The notes: generated from the sequence alone by a model not told the origin. Shown: positions 1-15,254, counted from the whole stretch's first letter. The stretch is 61,179 bases of DNA, filler included, from Basidiobolus ranarum (GCA_040143965.1; 8 parts of 8 records of this genome joined end to end with filler, not necessarily neighbours in it); one strand, 5' to 3'. Made by a program: numbers and translations.

Positions 1-1250
1 GTTAGGATACGCATTTGGTTTGGCGAAAGAATGGTGACAATGGAATGAATAAAGCATTCCACGTCCCAATTCGGTCCATGTATCGGCTGCGCAATTGCTG
101 GACCAAATAATGATCGCTTGGTTCGGATTCTGATAGTGTTTTCGTTGGATAGGGTAGATAATAGAGTAGCAGAATAGGCGAAATTTTCGAGATGCTTATC
201 ATCAGTCACTGAGGATGCATTCTTTTCTAGCTCGTGGAGGGAAATATTCAAGCCTATCAAAGTCAGAGCCTTGACACTTTCCACAGGCCATTGCGCAAAA
301 CTCTGCTCTTTGTTCTCTTCAGAGGCTGATTCTTCTTCTTGGTTCTCGTCTCTATATAGGATCGAGGGTACAGTGATATCAACATAATAATCCTTGTAGT
401 TCTCGGTGGTTGTTGAGGTGGGATTTAGAAAGTCTTTCTTTGATTGATGATGGATTCGGGCTTTACTATCGTGGAATGTAACCTTGACATTGGATATTAT
501 GTTATCGATAACACCAGCTAAAACCTGTAATCCTTCGGTACCTGGCTCCATTCCCAGTGTAGGTTTCTCTTCCTCTGGACCGTTCTTATTCTTATAGAAA
601 CTAGACTGCATGATATGTACCGATTCCATAATAGATTTTCGAAGCTCTTCACCTTCGTCCGTATCAGGTACTTCATGTCTTAAAAAATCACCGGCGAAGT
701 GTATAGAGGAAGACAATATATGCGAATCTTCAAATCTTGATTTACACACTATATATATGATAATTGGGATGGGAGAAGTAATTTCAATAAATTTGGGAGA
801 AAATCACGAACAGTCAAGTTGAAATTACCAGTAGGGACTACAGGATTTGGTATCACCGTAATCTCTAAATTATGGAACTCCAGAACACAATTCCCTGACC
901 AAATATCTTTCCAAGGGACTTGTGCAGTAATACCACCGATCTTTCCATGGGTTATTGTTATTGGTAATTCTGACACAAGATCATTCAAGACCTATTGACG
1001 AGGTACGAGTTAGAGTGAGGTTTATATAGACAACAGAATCGGCTAAAGCCGCTATTTCAAATCATATTACCTCAGTATTAAGTTGAAGTTCTTTTAGTTG
1101 TACAAAACCTGTTCCTAATTGTACATCTAGATTGTCAAGGTCCAGTTCTTCCAGTAAGAATTGACCGATTGCACGTTTGAGTAGAAATTTCACCAATCGT
1201 TTCTGGAGTGTAGAGGGCAACGTCCATCCGGAGAATGACCAACCTCGCAT
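1..1250 (-). CDS. ATG2: Autophagy lipid-transfer protein Atg2, 5' part (multi-exon, runs off the window start)
   Basis: N-terminus MRGWSFSGWTLPSTLQKRLVKFLLKRAIGQFLLEELDLDNLDVQLGTGFVQLKELQLN is a chorein_N/Atg2 signature. A GT..AG intron at 992-1070 joins it to LPITITHGKIGGITAQVPWKDI. Confidence 0.88.
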
Positions 1251-2269
1251 ACTGTGGTTACGCTTACAAGAATAGGAGGCGAGTAAAGTAGCAGTGGTAG
1301 ATTGAAAATAACCTGAGGCAGTGTCACAGCAAAGTCAAAAATGAAAATAGACAATATTAGCACACTTTAGGTTCACAGAAACACTTGAAATCGCTTAGAA
1401 TAGGTGAGTTTTGTGCTCTCTCGCAAAGTTAGATATTATGCTTGAGTAAAAAGATGGCTAGTACTAGCAGACTAATAAATAGTTTTTCCGACACAAATAT
1501 GTCACAGAAAGAAGCGAGCGAGGGGATTTAACAAGAAACGACACTTTCAATACAGATGGAAAAAAGGTTCCATACAATTTACAGAAACGTAGAATGTAAA
1601 AAGCCGTCTCAGTAAACAAGAAGGACAGGATTAACCTGAGACAACTTCGTTAGTAGTCTTTATCTTGGTAAAGCAGTAAAAAGAGCAAGTCAGAAATCTT
1701 GATCAAGAATGATTTGACAAAATTTCCACCTGATTGTCCACTGATTACTACGTGTTATCAAGTGAGTAATATTCACCAAATCCTCTCCTTTGTCCAAAGA
1801 TTTACTTGACAAAATGGGGATGGAACTTCAAATCTACGCATATTGTGACTTCTCAACATTTATGTGACGATGAAGCTTTAGTAATCACCCAAATATCTCC
1901 AATGACATCATTCGCTGTTCCTCATAACATATTCTACTCCTTGACAAATCACATGGATCCAAACTGCCCATCTATTTTATTCATGAGAACTCACGAACTA
2001 GCATGCAGACTTGGATGATCCCAAAGCGCTGCGTTGGCGCAGCCAATGTTTAGCTGTAGCTCATTCATCAGAAGTGGCAACGGTAAGACCATGTGACCAT
2101 TCGTTCTTGCTAAATTGATGCGTACTTACTGATCCCCTTGTGACCAAATCCAATTCTCACCCTTGATTTGAGTTGATCTGTGTGACTGGGTTTTCTTGAA
2201 GACCCATCACCATCGTTGACGACTATTGGCTGCTTGATTTAACGTGATGCTATCGGTAAAGATAACGGA

Positions 2270-3792
2270 TGCTTTTTAGACGACGGAGAGAGACTTCAAT
2301 AGTTACCTCAATAGTATTGGTCACGACCTTTAAACACTGTTGGTTTTGGCACCTGAGCAGAAATTAGGTTTGAATTTGGAATTTTTTACTTGCATGTAAA
2401 AAGCGTTTACCTTAGAAGGCTGTAACGATATACAATAGGATACTTTTCTCTTTTGTATGGCCTAGGATCTTGTGCATTTTGAAACTTTTCCAGTTCACCA
2501 TTCTGGCAAGTAGGGCATAGACTTGGAGTTTTAAACTCATCAAGGAGATATAACTGGGAGCCTTCTTTGGCTAGTATTCTTCTCATTATGATACTTTACA
2601 TTTCCAGCCGACCAGTTACCAAGTATTAATATATATAGTATCATTCCCAAACTTCTCTTGAAGATTTTTGGCAAGCCGTTTGTCTGATTGTAGTTGGTTA
2701 ATGAAACTTGAGAGCTTCATTTTTCTAAAAGGTAACAAACCGCTGGTACACCGGTCTTCTCCTGCAGGGCGATCTTCACTGGAGTAATACGCTCTCATGA
2801 CCGCAGTGACTTCGGCTTTTTCTTGAAGATACCCGGCAAACTTGTCTTTCTTGGCAGTTGAAGATTTCAAATGCGATAGGGAAAGTTCAGCTGCGATGAT
2901 TTGGTCTGTATTTAAGTTCGATACTCTCTTCGTGCATATTCTACTTCTTTATCCAGGTGGCTGATGAATTCTTTAAAATTTGAGTACTTAAAATGCATGT
3001 ATCGATGGTATGAAGCCCCTTCTTAACGGAAAGCAGTTGAATGGCTTGTTTTGGAGAGCTTCGCACATGCTTGACATTCTGGGGTACGCCTTTATATACT
3101 TGAGAGGGTTGCCTTTGCAGTCGTAATAGATTGAGTCTTTTGCAAATCGATAATCTGTCGAATACGAGCCAGAAAGATTATGGATCATATTCAAATCGTT
3201 TGAGGAGAGAAATTCTTTAGGTGTATCTTCAATATCTCTTGGCGAAATAGCCAGCTTGACCTTCTTTATCTGCTTTGTTATTGTGTTTATAGCTGTTGTA
3301 ATCTCTTTCTCGCTTCCCCCGTTCTTTTTCATTTCGCTTTCTAGCACCTTGAATCGTTCGTTCTTCTTCAAATGCGAGTTAAGAAACATTCTAGCTTTGT
3401 TTCCGAATTGAAGGTTGACCCCGTTCAGATAATCAGTAACAATTTTTGCCACTTCATAAGAAGCTATCTGATGAGCATACTTCATGTTGACTGGTTCGTA
3501 AGAACAGCACTGAAAGTACTTCACCTGATAGTTGAGTATTAGATCTTTGTAGGCTCTTGGTTCTGTTGAAGCTTTCTGTTTGTCTGGCTTATAGTAATTG
3601 AGGAGTGACAAAAAGACTTCTTTAAAAAAGCCAACACTAGTTCATGAGTAAAGATGTACTTCAAAAAGGAAAACGTATGTGACACAAGGGCATGAACATT
3701 AGTTACAAGTGACATGAGTAGTAGAACGTATTGTGGCTTTCACCCAGTAACAGCGATTGAGCTTTTGACTGCTATAATCTTTAGAGGTGGCT
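2270..3792 (-). pseudogene. Degenerate Fanzor (eukaryotic TnpB-derived RNA-guided endonuclease) gene, internally deleted, with a spliceosomal intron
   Basis: Pieces in order: HTFSFLKYIF..FFKEVFLSLL; YEVAKIVTDYLNGVNLQFGNK; FNCFPLRRGFIP/IDT; AAELSLS..SST; LPFRKMKLSSFINQLQSDKRLAKNLQEKFG; LILGNWSAG; LYLLDEFKTPSLCPTCQNG (RuvC-II plus CxxC); intron 2353-2410; LLRCQNQQC..RRL. Frameshifts and stops are present; RuvC-I and RuvC-III are not seen. Confidence 0.8.
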
Positions 3793-5366
3793 CTATAAAG
3801 AGAAGAGAAAAAGCGAATTGACATCTTTTAATTTCTTATGTCGTTAGTTTTAATATCACTGATATATTGTATTTAGCACATCACTGGTGTTAATATTTTT
3901 TTATGACATTTTTAATAGCAATAAGGTTTAACGAATTTCATCCGTGGAACTTTGTTCAATCTTTTGAATGTGTTTATAATATACTTAGGTCTGTATGGTA
4001 TAGAAGACTAAATAACATACATGGATTGTACTTTGATGAATGCAAGCTGTGTTTTCTGATAAAACTCTGGATATATTATACTTCTTTATTTGGTAAGAAA
4101 CTAGACAGCTCAGCTAATTCTCTGATAAAATGTGCGAATACTACTGATACATACCGGAGAAATAAAAAGAGATTCTGGATAATTTGCACGGTGAGTCTTT
4201 TAGTCTATGTACTACAAACTATCTTTTTGAGGAGTAATGATTAACTTAAACTCTGCCCCTTCTCTTATACATATGTAAAAGAATACTTGTGCTTATTTAT
4301 TATTATTATACTGTTTAACTAAACTAAACATTGACAATTCAAATCCAACACTACAAAGCTTGTGATATAACAGTTTAATAGGGCCAGAAATTCTAGAACC
4401 ATTCTCTAGAATTATAATGGTTGGCTGCTGTCATACCTCAAAACAACTATAAAACATACAAAGCACAACCCTAACTATTCACAATTTGTTGTTACGGTGT
4501 GGAATTTGATATCAATAGTCAAGAAAGTTTACGGACAGAAAAGTTTGTTAAACCAATATATAACTAAGACTCCATCACAACAAGCTAATGATATACATAC
4601 ACACAACCAGCTGCGACCAGTTGCGAAATTATATTGTAAATACTCTCAAAACAAACTGACAAGTTACAGCAATGAAATTACACAATTTGTCTACAATTTT
4701 TTTGGCATGTGTCTCAAATTGTTCTGGCGATCGTCTCATATATTTTATGAAATATCTAATTGATTTTTTTAATTCGTCTCATTTTAGACTAAAACACTGC
4801 AGTAAAATCCTTTTTCATATTTAAACCAGAAAATCCAAATCTGCTAAAAAGATCAGTTAAAAATACCACAAGTCAAGATGATATGATTGGTCAACAGTGA
4901 AGCGAACATGAAGAATATGTAGCTAAACTGAAGCCTGGTTTGTAGTTTTCATGACTTCAACTTATTAAGCTCCTGGCTTCTCTCGAGCATAACCTATTAT
5001 TTTTTTGGTACAGCGATGCCTGACTAGCATATATTTATGATGGAGAATTGAAAGATGTCTAGCTTTGTAATTGTTATCTGCAATGAAGTTTCCCTTCAGC
5101 ATGTGATACAGTACTGTTATCATCAAATTGGGATCAATATCTGGAGAAATTATCATCTGAATGAGAGAAATTCGATGATATCTTGAGGTTTGTTTTGATT
5201 TTGGTAAGTTGTTTGTTTATTTCAGATGTACATGAAATGCTTTTGTTTGTGGTGTTGAGGATAAATTTGGATATACCATCCGACAATTCTCTTGAATTAT
5301 TAATCGAAAGTTCAAAGGCATTGCTGTTACCACTCTTGTGAGCAAAAAATCGTAAATAGAGTAATA

Positions 5367-7578
5367 ATGGAAAAGGAATTGATTAACTACTGGCCTTCCT
5401 TGGAGGAACATGATGATCTTTTAAAAGAATGTTAGTAACTACTTGAGGGTACTTGTGGCTATCACTGTTCTAACTTTCACTTGCCGTTCGTAAACAGGTG
5501 TTACTTTATGCGAATGTTATGCCTTGACACCTGAAGATCTGTGGTACAAATGGGAAGCACTCGTAATGAAACTAGAGCAGCAAGGAGAGGAAATATCACT
5601 TGATCGAGTTCACTTCATGTCTTTAAAGCGACAAGTCGAGGAATCTTTCGAGAAAAAACACAAAGATACTAGAAGTACCAAGCCTACTTATGCAATCAAG
5701 GGAGAACCGAATTATTCGAACAACTTTACCTCAGACAACCTGGATGATTTGTATCCTACTAAACACTAATATAAACATTAGCGTTATTTTTTTCCTATTG
5801 TAAATCTATTTTTCCTTAATCCATATTTTAGCCTTGCGGTCATAGCTCCTTCCACTCCTTCACGCAATCGCTCATACTTGAGAAATACTGACGTGCATAC
5901 TCCATCTCCCACACGTATAAAAAAACTGAACTATGGCTCACCCGTAGCGTACGTATACGAATACAATACATAACTTTTACATAATAATTAACTAGCATTA
6001 ATTCAGCCCATCACCTCAGACTCAACGCTTCGCTGAACGCTCAAATAGGGCAAGAATTGAAGATATTTACAACCCACATTTGAAATCTTATGTTTCTCCA
6101 GAAGGAATGGTTTCGTCCAGAAGACGTTTCGAATTTCAGGAAAAAGATGAGAAAGAAGTTCGGGAATATCGATACATGTTCGAAAAGATTAGTGAGAAGT
6201 CAAAGGGTAAGTTTACCGCCCATCAATGAAGGTCCATAAACATCGGTTAACCTCACTCTTTTCTGATGAACAGTACTGGACGATCGTATCGAGAATTTTG
6301 CAGATATATTTCGCGAAACTTACAACTGGGAAATTCTGAGCAACCCCGCCCAATCTACACAGGTAACGCTCTTATCTCGATGTGTATTCTATATTTTTAT
6401 GACTGATTGTTTTCATAGAGTTCAGTTGTTACCGGAGGTCGTGTATGCAGTGATTCAGAAGCAAAGATTAACGACAAATCCATTCTTCTGGAGCCCTCAC
6501 GAATTATTGGCAGCGGGCTACGAGTTCAGTTAGATCTTAACGAGATCCCTTCATTTGCTATGTTTCCAGGACTGGTGACCTATACTAGTCTACACAGCCC
6601 CCCTTCATTCAAATTACTAAGTTTTTGTCTCTTTTGTCTTAGATAATTGGTGTCGAAGGGCTAAATAATACAGGCGCGTCCTTCACTGCCTCTAAAGTGT
6701 TCCAGGTAATCGGTCGTTTGTGGCAACTTCGATGAACTATGTTTTAACTAAAGTGACTCTTAGGCACCCGTACCTCCAAGATCAATGACGCCAGTGTCTC
6801 AATTGCTTTTTAATAACTACGACGACAGTAGATTGGGTGGACGACCCTTAGGAATGGTTGTGGCTTCCGGTCCATATAGACTAGATGACAATCTTGATTT
6901 CGTCCCATTTGCCGAATTGCTTGCTACCATAGGAAAGGAGAAACCCGATATACTGTTATTGGTAAATAAAGTTTGTAACGTTATACATTCGAGACATCAC
7001 TAACTTGTCGTAACTAGGTTGGTCCTTTTGTTGATCAAGATCATCCGCTTATTAGGGAAGGTGATTTCGATGGAACTGTTGAAGAGATATTTGACGAGTA
7101 TATAGCTCAACCGTTACGTGACCTGGAGAATTCTTCACCTTCAACTTCAGTATTTCTTATTCCAAGTATTCGTGATATAGTACATGACTATTATATTTTC
7201 CCACAACCTGCTCTAGATTCATACGAATTTAGACTGCCAAAGGTAATATCTTGAATAATCAAGAAATTCCTGAATCATTATAACTAAGCCATTCGTGAAA
7301 ACCATAGAATGTTCAAACGCTATCCAACCCCGCGCAGTTTACCATTAATGAGATTCATTTCGCCATCAGCTCACATGATATATTATTTCACTTGAGTGGT
7401 GACGAGATTGGACGCAACCCAGCTTTTAAAGACCGCATGGGACGCTTAGCTAGACATGTACTTGAACAAAGGAATTAAGTATATAGTGCTTATCACAATC
7501 AGAGTGCAAAGCTTCTTTACTAACATGACCTACTTCCATCAGCTTCTATACACTTTTCCCGGCAACTAACAATTAGTG
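5367..7578 (+). CDS. POL12: DNA polymerase alpha/primase subunit B (multi-exon, 3' end cut by contig end)
   Basis: Exons encode LWYKWEA, YRYMFEK, GRVCSDSE, MVVASGPY, GPFVDQDHP, FPQPAL, NPAQFTINEI and RLARHVLEQR, separated by GT..AG introns. Confidence 0.88.
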
Positions 7579-7678
7579 NNNNNNNNNNNNNNNNNNNNNN
7601 NNNNNNNNNNNNNNNNNNNNNNTTAATTAATTAANNNNNNNNNNNNNNNNNNNNNNNNNNNNNNNNNNNNNNNNNNNN
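7579..7678. other. Artificial 100-bp contig linker (N44-TTAATTAATTAA-N44); also at 15255-15354, 22924-23023, 30591-30690, 38247-38346, 45895-45994, 53540-53639
   Basis: Seven identical linkers with a six-frame stop core; the flanking segments decrease monotonically in length. Confidence 0.97.
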
Positions 7679-9302
7679 CATTCCCATCCTTCTAGGATGG
7701 GTATGGTAGTTATCCTTGGACTCTTTGATGTGGACTAATAGGCGAGTTACGAAACCTTTGTCATGAATATTGGCACCCCAGAATGGACCACCAACCTAAT
7801 AATAAGTACCAGGGTTAGTATTGAGACCTGGGATATCACTCATACAAACAAAATATTACATGATGCTTGCTCTCACAGTGCTCGCAAAGGCCATCAACGA
7901 TAGGCCCAGTCACAGGTCCGTATTTAGTACTATTACCATTAACTGTAATCTTTCCGAGGGGCTGAGTCTGGAATGATTTGCAGCCAGAACATTGGTAGAC
8001 CATGGAAGTTTTGCTAAATATGGGATAGATCAGGATCAATTTTTACAACAAAGAAAATACTCTCTGTTGAGCAAAAGGTACCTGGCGGTTTTTTTCACTT
8101 CAGCAGGGGAAGTATAAACGCGGACGAATAATCTAACATAGAAATCAATACTACATGACATCAAAGGTACAATTTGTCTTTTGTAACGAGCAGCAGCTGA
8201 CTGAAGAGAGTTCAGGACCAATCTAAGTGCCTATTCATCAGTTATGTTTAGTAGTAATCTTGTATCATTTATCGATTTGTAGATACATACCATCTCATGG
8301 GAGTAATCAGCCTTGACGGGCATACCACCATACTTGTAGAAACTATTGAAAATTTTAGAAATCATCACAACACTATTTAGGTAGCATTAGTTTAGCTTAC
8401 CAAGTTTCAGTATAACTGTTACTGGCAAGAACAGCCAAGTCAGTACAAGTCACACAAAGAAGTCCTTGATTGTACATTAATATGATGTATGGTTGTCATT
8501 GGAGTAACAAGAATCAATACCTCCATCGGAAACAGCTTGAACGGCACCATCTATGAATGGAACTGCAGACCCATAAGGATCGAGATCAATGACATCGTAA
8601 CGCTTCGCGGGGTCACGATGTTCGTACATAACAGAACTATCAAATATATCATATTAGTTATCTACCAACATTGATATTTTTAAGAGTGCGAAAACTCATT
8701 ACCAAGCATCACCCAAGTTAGCACGAACTTTATCCTCGCTTAATTCGTTAAACTTGATATTACGTTTGATGGCGTTTACAGCATCAGGCTCGAGATCGTT
8801 GGCAACGATATATTTAATGTTTGGAATTTCCTTAGCGTAACGAACAGAACGAAGACCAGTAGCAGACAAAGCTTCCAAAACGGAAAATCCCTTAAAGGTA
8901 TTCTCGATTGAGTTGAGCTAAAGATAATAAAAATAGTTTAATAAAATGGCAGCGACAAACAATAAGATCCATTTTATTACTGAAGAATCACCGTTTTCAC
9001 TTGCAGCTAAAAAGAGAAGATCCATTTTAATATAATCGTATTTATCCTTCTTATTTATCAGGAATTTTTGTATGTTTACCTTTGCCACCTTTCTTTTTCT
9101 CGGCCTTTTGTTTCTTCTCCTCGGCGAATATTTCACTCCAAGTTCTTATGGCTGCGATGGACATGTCACGATTGAATTGTTGAACAGGATTGTAGAAAAC
9201 CTCATTCGATGTGGGGAATAGGATAGTCGCCTGTCCTTCGGTAACCTTGTTATACAAAGTCTCATCGAATTGAACTTGATTATTTTCAGTACTGGTCTCC
9301 AT
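7679..9302 (-). CDS. TRM1: tRNA (guanine26-N2,N2)-dimethyltransferase (multi-exon, 3' truncated)
   Basis: [66 protein letters not shown]. Confidence 0.92.
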
Positions 9303-9878
9303 GTTTGATATATTAATAGAACCACTTGCTCTAGTTTATATGATGCGAAGACGGTTAACTACGACTTGAACAAAAAAAAGGAGAGGTACTTCGATATATT
9401 AAAGAGAGAACAGAGCGAACCACAGATTATAGTAAAAACTGTGCTCTATAGTTTTCTATTGTCGAAGTAACTGCATACATTGATCAAGTTGACTTAGATT
9501 CAAAAAATTCAAAAAAAAAAAAAAGACCGTCTTGGTAAATAAATAAATCAATGTTAATTCATGTCAGCAGATCAATTTGAATAATTAATGTTTATCAGAG
9601 AAAATAAATCCTGTGCAATAATAGGATTTCTTGGAGCAAGCTAGCCTAGTTTGTTTACCAGAAATATTGAAGCAATGATATGGGAATTTGAGTTTGGTTG
9701 TTTACAAAGCCGAACTCTAAGCTTCCTATGAAGTACAAATGAAAATTTTCTGTTCTGGGGGCATTAAGGGATCTTTATGCATGTTGAAATAGGTGTACAT
9801 ATTTACAGTGAAATATCAATAATGAAAAGAGCGGAAAAGGAAGACTAAACGAATACAATTGATAGGTAAGATCCATAG

Positions 9879-11086
9879 CTATGGCAATTTGACAACGATA
9901 CTGCCGAATAAAAGTTAATACGGATACAATGTGAGGTAGTGAAAGAGAACTTTACATACCAGTCATGGTCCGTGCCCACCGAAGACCTGGCTTTTTCAAG
10001 CTGATCTGGCTGAATAGTGCAATAATCATCGTGGGACCCAGGGTCGCGGGAGATAAATAGATTTTGAGAAGAATCGTATTGAATAAGCACGATGAAATGA
10101 CCTAGGATGAAAAGTTATACACCACTCTAGCTTGTAGAATATACTAATGTTACTACTAACCCACATATTCCCCTTTAGGAACTGATGAAGTAAAGCATCC
10201 AAAAGGTTTGCAAAGTCCTGAAAATACATTACGCTTTCGCTATTTGTACAGTCAATAAAGATATTAGAGTTCAATAAGATAGCATGGATATCTTATCTAT
10301 CAAGCGTTACCTTGCATTTCTCACACTTTAGAAAGCGTAAGTCAACTAACATCAAAATAGCATACTTTTGTCCTAGTAGGAACCTCTTGAAATCCACTAA
10401 TGGTAATATCCTAAAAGAGGAGGTCATCAGTAAGTGATCATTTTGGAAGGCAAACTCAAAATAAATCACTACATTCGAATCACTCGGATATTGGATTTTT
10501 TTGCCGCTGTAAATTGACGCAAAACCCTCTCTTCATCCCCCTCTATGGATTCTTGATAAAACTCCTACGTAATGGGTTATTGGAAATCCACGGTTAAACC
10601 TCCAACAAAGATAACTCACTTGGGTAGTATGTGAAGGGTTGATTCCCATATAACTGGTATAGTAAGTGAAATCGACGTCGTAAAACTTCCTTATTAAATA
10701 TGCCAAGTCAATGGTCCATACTGACTCAATGGAGCAAGCTTGACGAATGTCTGTCATAGATGTATTCTTCAAGCCAAGACCGCTATAATAAAGAGTTACT
10801 ATATAAACCAAATCATTCAATATTACGTTGAATACTCGTACACTAAAATCATGTAGACACAAGCCAATCCTTAAAATATGAAGATTGAGTGAGAAGGTTT
10901 CAAGTTAGATGTTTACGTGATAAACGTACCACAATCCCAGTCAGCAAGCTATCATTTAGAGAAATATAGAGAATTTTCATTAGTATTAGTAGCGGTTTGT
11001 TAGAAAAGGAATGTAATCACTTGAATAATATGAGGAACAACACTGTTCCCTTGGTTTGGTTGAGCATTGTTTGTGGTTTGTGACAT
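9879..11086 (-). CDS. GUCD1: GUCD1-like protein (Guanylate_cyc_2 / peptidase C39-like fold), multi-exon
   Basis: VPHIIQ|LADWDCG|LACVYM, SVWTIDLAYL, GHFIVLIQYD, RDPG, LEKARSSVGTDHD; stop at 9879-9881. Confidence 0.8.
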
Positions 11087-11399
11087 TCTATAAAGTGAAA
11101 ATGGCAAAGTTTCCAGCCAGTTGTGAATGGTGATGGTGATGGTGTTGGTTGAAAGATAAATAAATATCGTTGGGATATTGCAACAGACTCTGATATAGTC
11201 AATGATGAGCTAATACTGATGAATGTGAAAGTGGACAAAAAAAGATACTTTATCCGAAACAATCAAGTCCAAGATATGGTCAGAATTACGGATCATTTTG
11301 CCAATCAGTATATGCAGTTTACAAAAGGGAATTAACACCTTTCCTCAACAAACAGCAAATAAATATTTGGCTAGTGGACATTCCTAATTTTAGAGAACC

Positions 11400-11760
11400 A
11401 ATGTCCATAAGATCATAACAATGTAGACCATTTGTTACAAGTGTACGAATCGATTATTCCGGATCTTTTTTGTTGTCTTTGGAAGCATAGTGTTTCTAGT
11501 ATAGGTACCTTTGGATCTCACCTTTTCCAAAGAACCGCATGTTTTTCTCTCATCGAGTTTCTTATGGATCTTAACCAGATTTTTATTCAATCTTGATGTT
11601 TTTAAAGACATACTTTAAGCGTATTTAACTTGGTTTGTGCTGAAGATTATGTGACAAACTCCCCATTATACACAAATATCACAGAGAGTCTACCCCAAGG
11701 GTTAAAGTTTATCAATCCATATTATCAGCGCACAAGAGCTTTAGAATCATGAGCCTATTA
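11400..11760 (-). mobile_element. Possible highly decayed non-LTR (L1/Tx1-like) retrotransposon fragment
   Basis: Stop-riddled translation ..PWGRLSV....VLWKR*DPKVPILETLCFQRQQKRSGIID loosely matches the L1-clade post-RT motif W.gk.p.v....l..pk..GGlgi.D. Confidence 0.3.
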
Positions 11761-11989
11761 TAGCATATTATTATCCGCAGCTTGATTATGTCTAGTCCAG
11801 CTTACAAACTTTGGAAGAAATCCTTCTAGCACCATTAAAGGGGTTATAAATTTCTGCAATGCAAAATTTCCCCTAGATGTAGGAGTTTTCATGAGTCCAA
11901 CTACTTCCTTGATCTGATCATAAAGTTTCACACTGCTTGAGTAATTCCAAGTCTCTCGGTTTAATGACACATCTCCAACTTGAATATAG

Positions 11990-13215
11990 GTAACTACTAT
12001 GCGGCCAAACTTGCAATTGCAAAAGGAGCTAGGGGAAAGGAAAGTCAAATATTTTGAGTTACACTTCTTGATAACTTGAGGCAGGTGACGCTTTAACTAC
12101 TTAATCCTTTCTATAAGCTATTTTTCATTTAATGTCAACAGAGAGAAGAGCGTTGGCAAATAACGAGGCTGTCAACAATGACGAGATCGGTAAGGCTTAT
12201 ATCGAGGGCTTTGCAGTAAAAATCTTTTTTGAATGCTGATAACGAAAACCGTGCTAGAGAAGCCACTAAGTGACATTTTGTTAGAAGTATTTCATATTTG
12301 ATCTATCTAAACTCAATAGAAAAATCGTCACTTCCTAGCAGCATCTATATTTCTTAAAATTTTGAAAATTTTTGGACAAGTTAAACCAGGTAATAAAAGA
12401 TACGTGCTTCTGATGGTGTCTTACTCAATCCTTTATATCCAAATCGTTGATATCACTAAAGGTCGGTGAGAAGATTAAATATTGCAAATGGAAGGCAACT
12501 GATATTATGAAAGCTTTAAAGAGAACAGAACCTCACACCCTAGACCACCCGGGTGAGGGCCTTCTCAAGAAACGAGCGGTAAAGCTCTATATAGAGGAAT
12601 TTCAAGCTACGGATAATATACTAAAAATCCAAGGCTTTCCACTACCGCCTTCATTCTCACCATAATTCAACCAAAATGAGATCATTTTAAGGTGCCACCT
12701 AGGCATTGTTGATTGATCTCAACTTCAATGAATCAGGATTTGGTTTAGGAAATCCCAATCTGTCCAAAAATCCTTATTAATCTTCGCCATCAAACTTTCC
12801 ATCAACATTACCAAACAATTCTAGTTCTGGCAGCTACTCCTCACAATCATCATATGATCAACGCCAAGAAAGTATTGGACGTAATGACTATAACAACTCT
12901 TCAAAGTTCCATGATATCCCGAATATCTATGATTCCTCTGATAGCTCCAGCACTGGACCCAACCATAACTTCAATCCAGGTATTCCACAGCAGCCTTCAA
13001 ATGGATACAACAATCAACAGTGCACCCCCTTAAGCAGACTACCAAGCCTCTTATCAACAGCAGCAATATTGTACTGAGGCAAATCAAGATGTATCCACCA
13101 AATTTGACAGAAACATTCCTGATTTGTGATCAGTGTGCTGAAGTATGCTGACGTGAAAACAGCAATAGAAAGCCTGAGAAAAGCTCCAACACTTCTCGAG
13201 TCATACAAAGAGTAA
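11990..13215 (+). pseudogene. VTA1: VTA1 (ESCRT/Vps4 cofactor) pseudogene, 5' truncated, introns retained
   Basis: NYYAAKLAIAKG..IF*VTLLDNL; GKAYIEGFAVKIF(frameshift)NADNE; FLAASIFL; EKIKYCKWKATDIMKALK; C-terminal VSL region QKHS*FVISVLKYADVKTAIESLRKA. Contains in-frame stops and a frameshift. Confidence 0.75.
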
Positions 13216-13610
13216 AAAGAACCCTACTCCGCGTTATTTATCGAAATTATCAAGTCGATGTGTGTTGAAAAGTTCACTTTAATATAATAGATGATGAACA
13301 TCGATTTTACGGAATTTCTTTACAAATTTCAATGGTTTAGAGAGCAGGGGGGTTCGACTTCTCCCTCACTCGTGAAATGGGAATTAAAAAAAGGTTAACC
13401 AAACATAATGAACAATAATGTTACTTAGAATTAAGGTACTCATCAAATGGTGGGAAGAACAAAATATGTATATATACATTAATACATACACGGTTACTTA
13501 TGAACATAAAAAACTAAGAGCCCAGCTCTTGGATGAAATATTAAGAATTAGAAAGCCCCTATACGATAGAGACGACTTTGTCTCAGGAATAACAATTGCC
13601 CGGAAAGTGG

Positions 13611-15254
<1,644 letters not shown>

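Noticed and set aside
1800-2270. Candidate Fanzor omegaRNA or transposon right end downstream of the relic
   Set aside because: The coding 3' end is itself truncated and no terminal repeat or convincing structure could be identified from a single copy.
7623-7634. Recurring TTAATTAATTAA palindrome about every 7.65 kb
   Set aside because: Synthetic six-frame-stop linker inside N runs.
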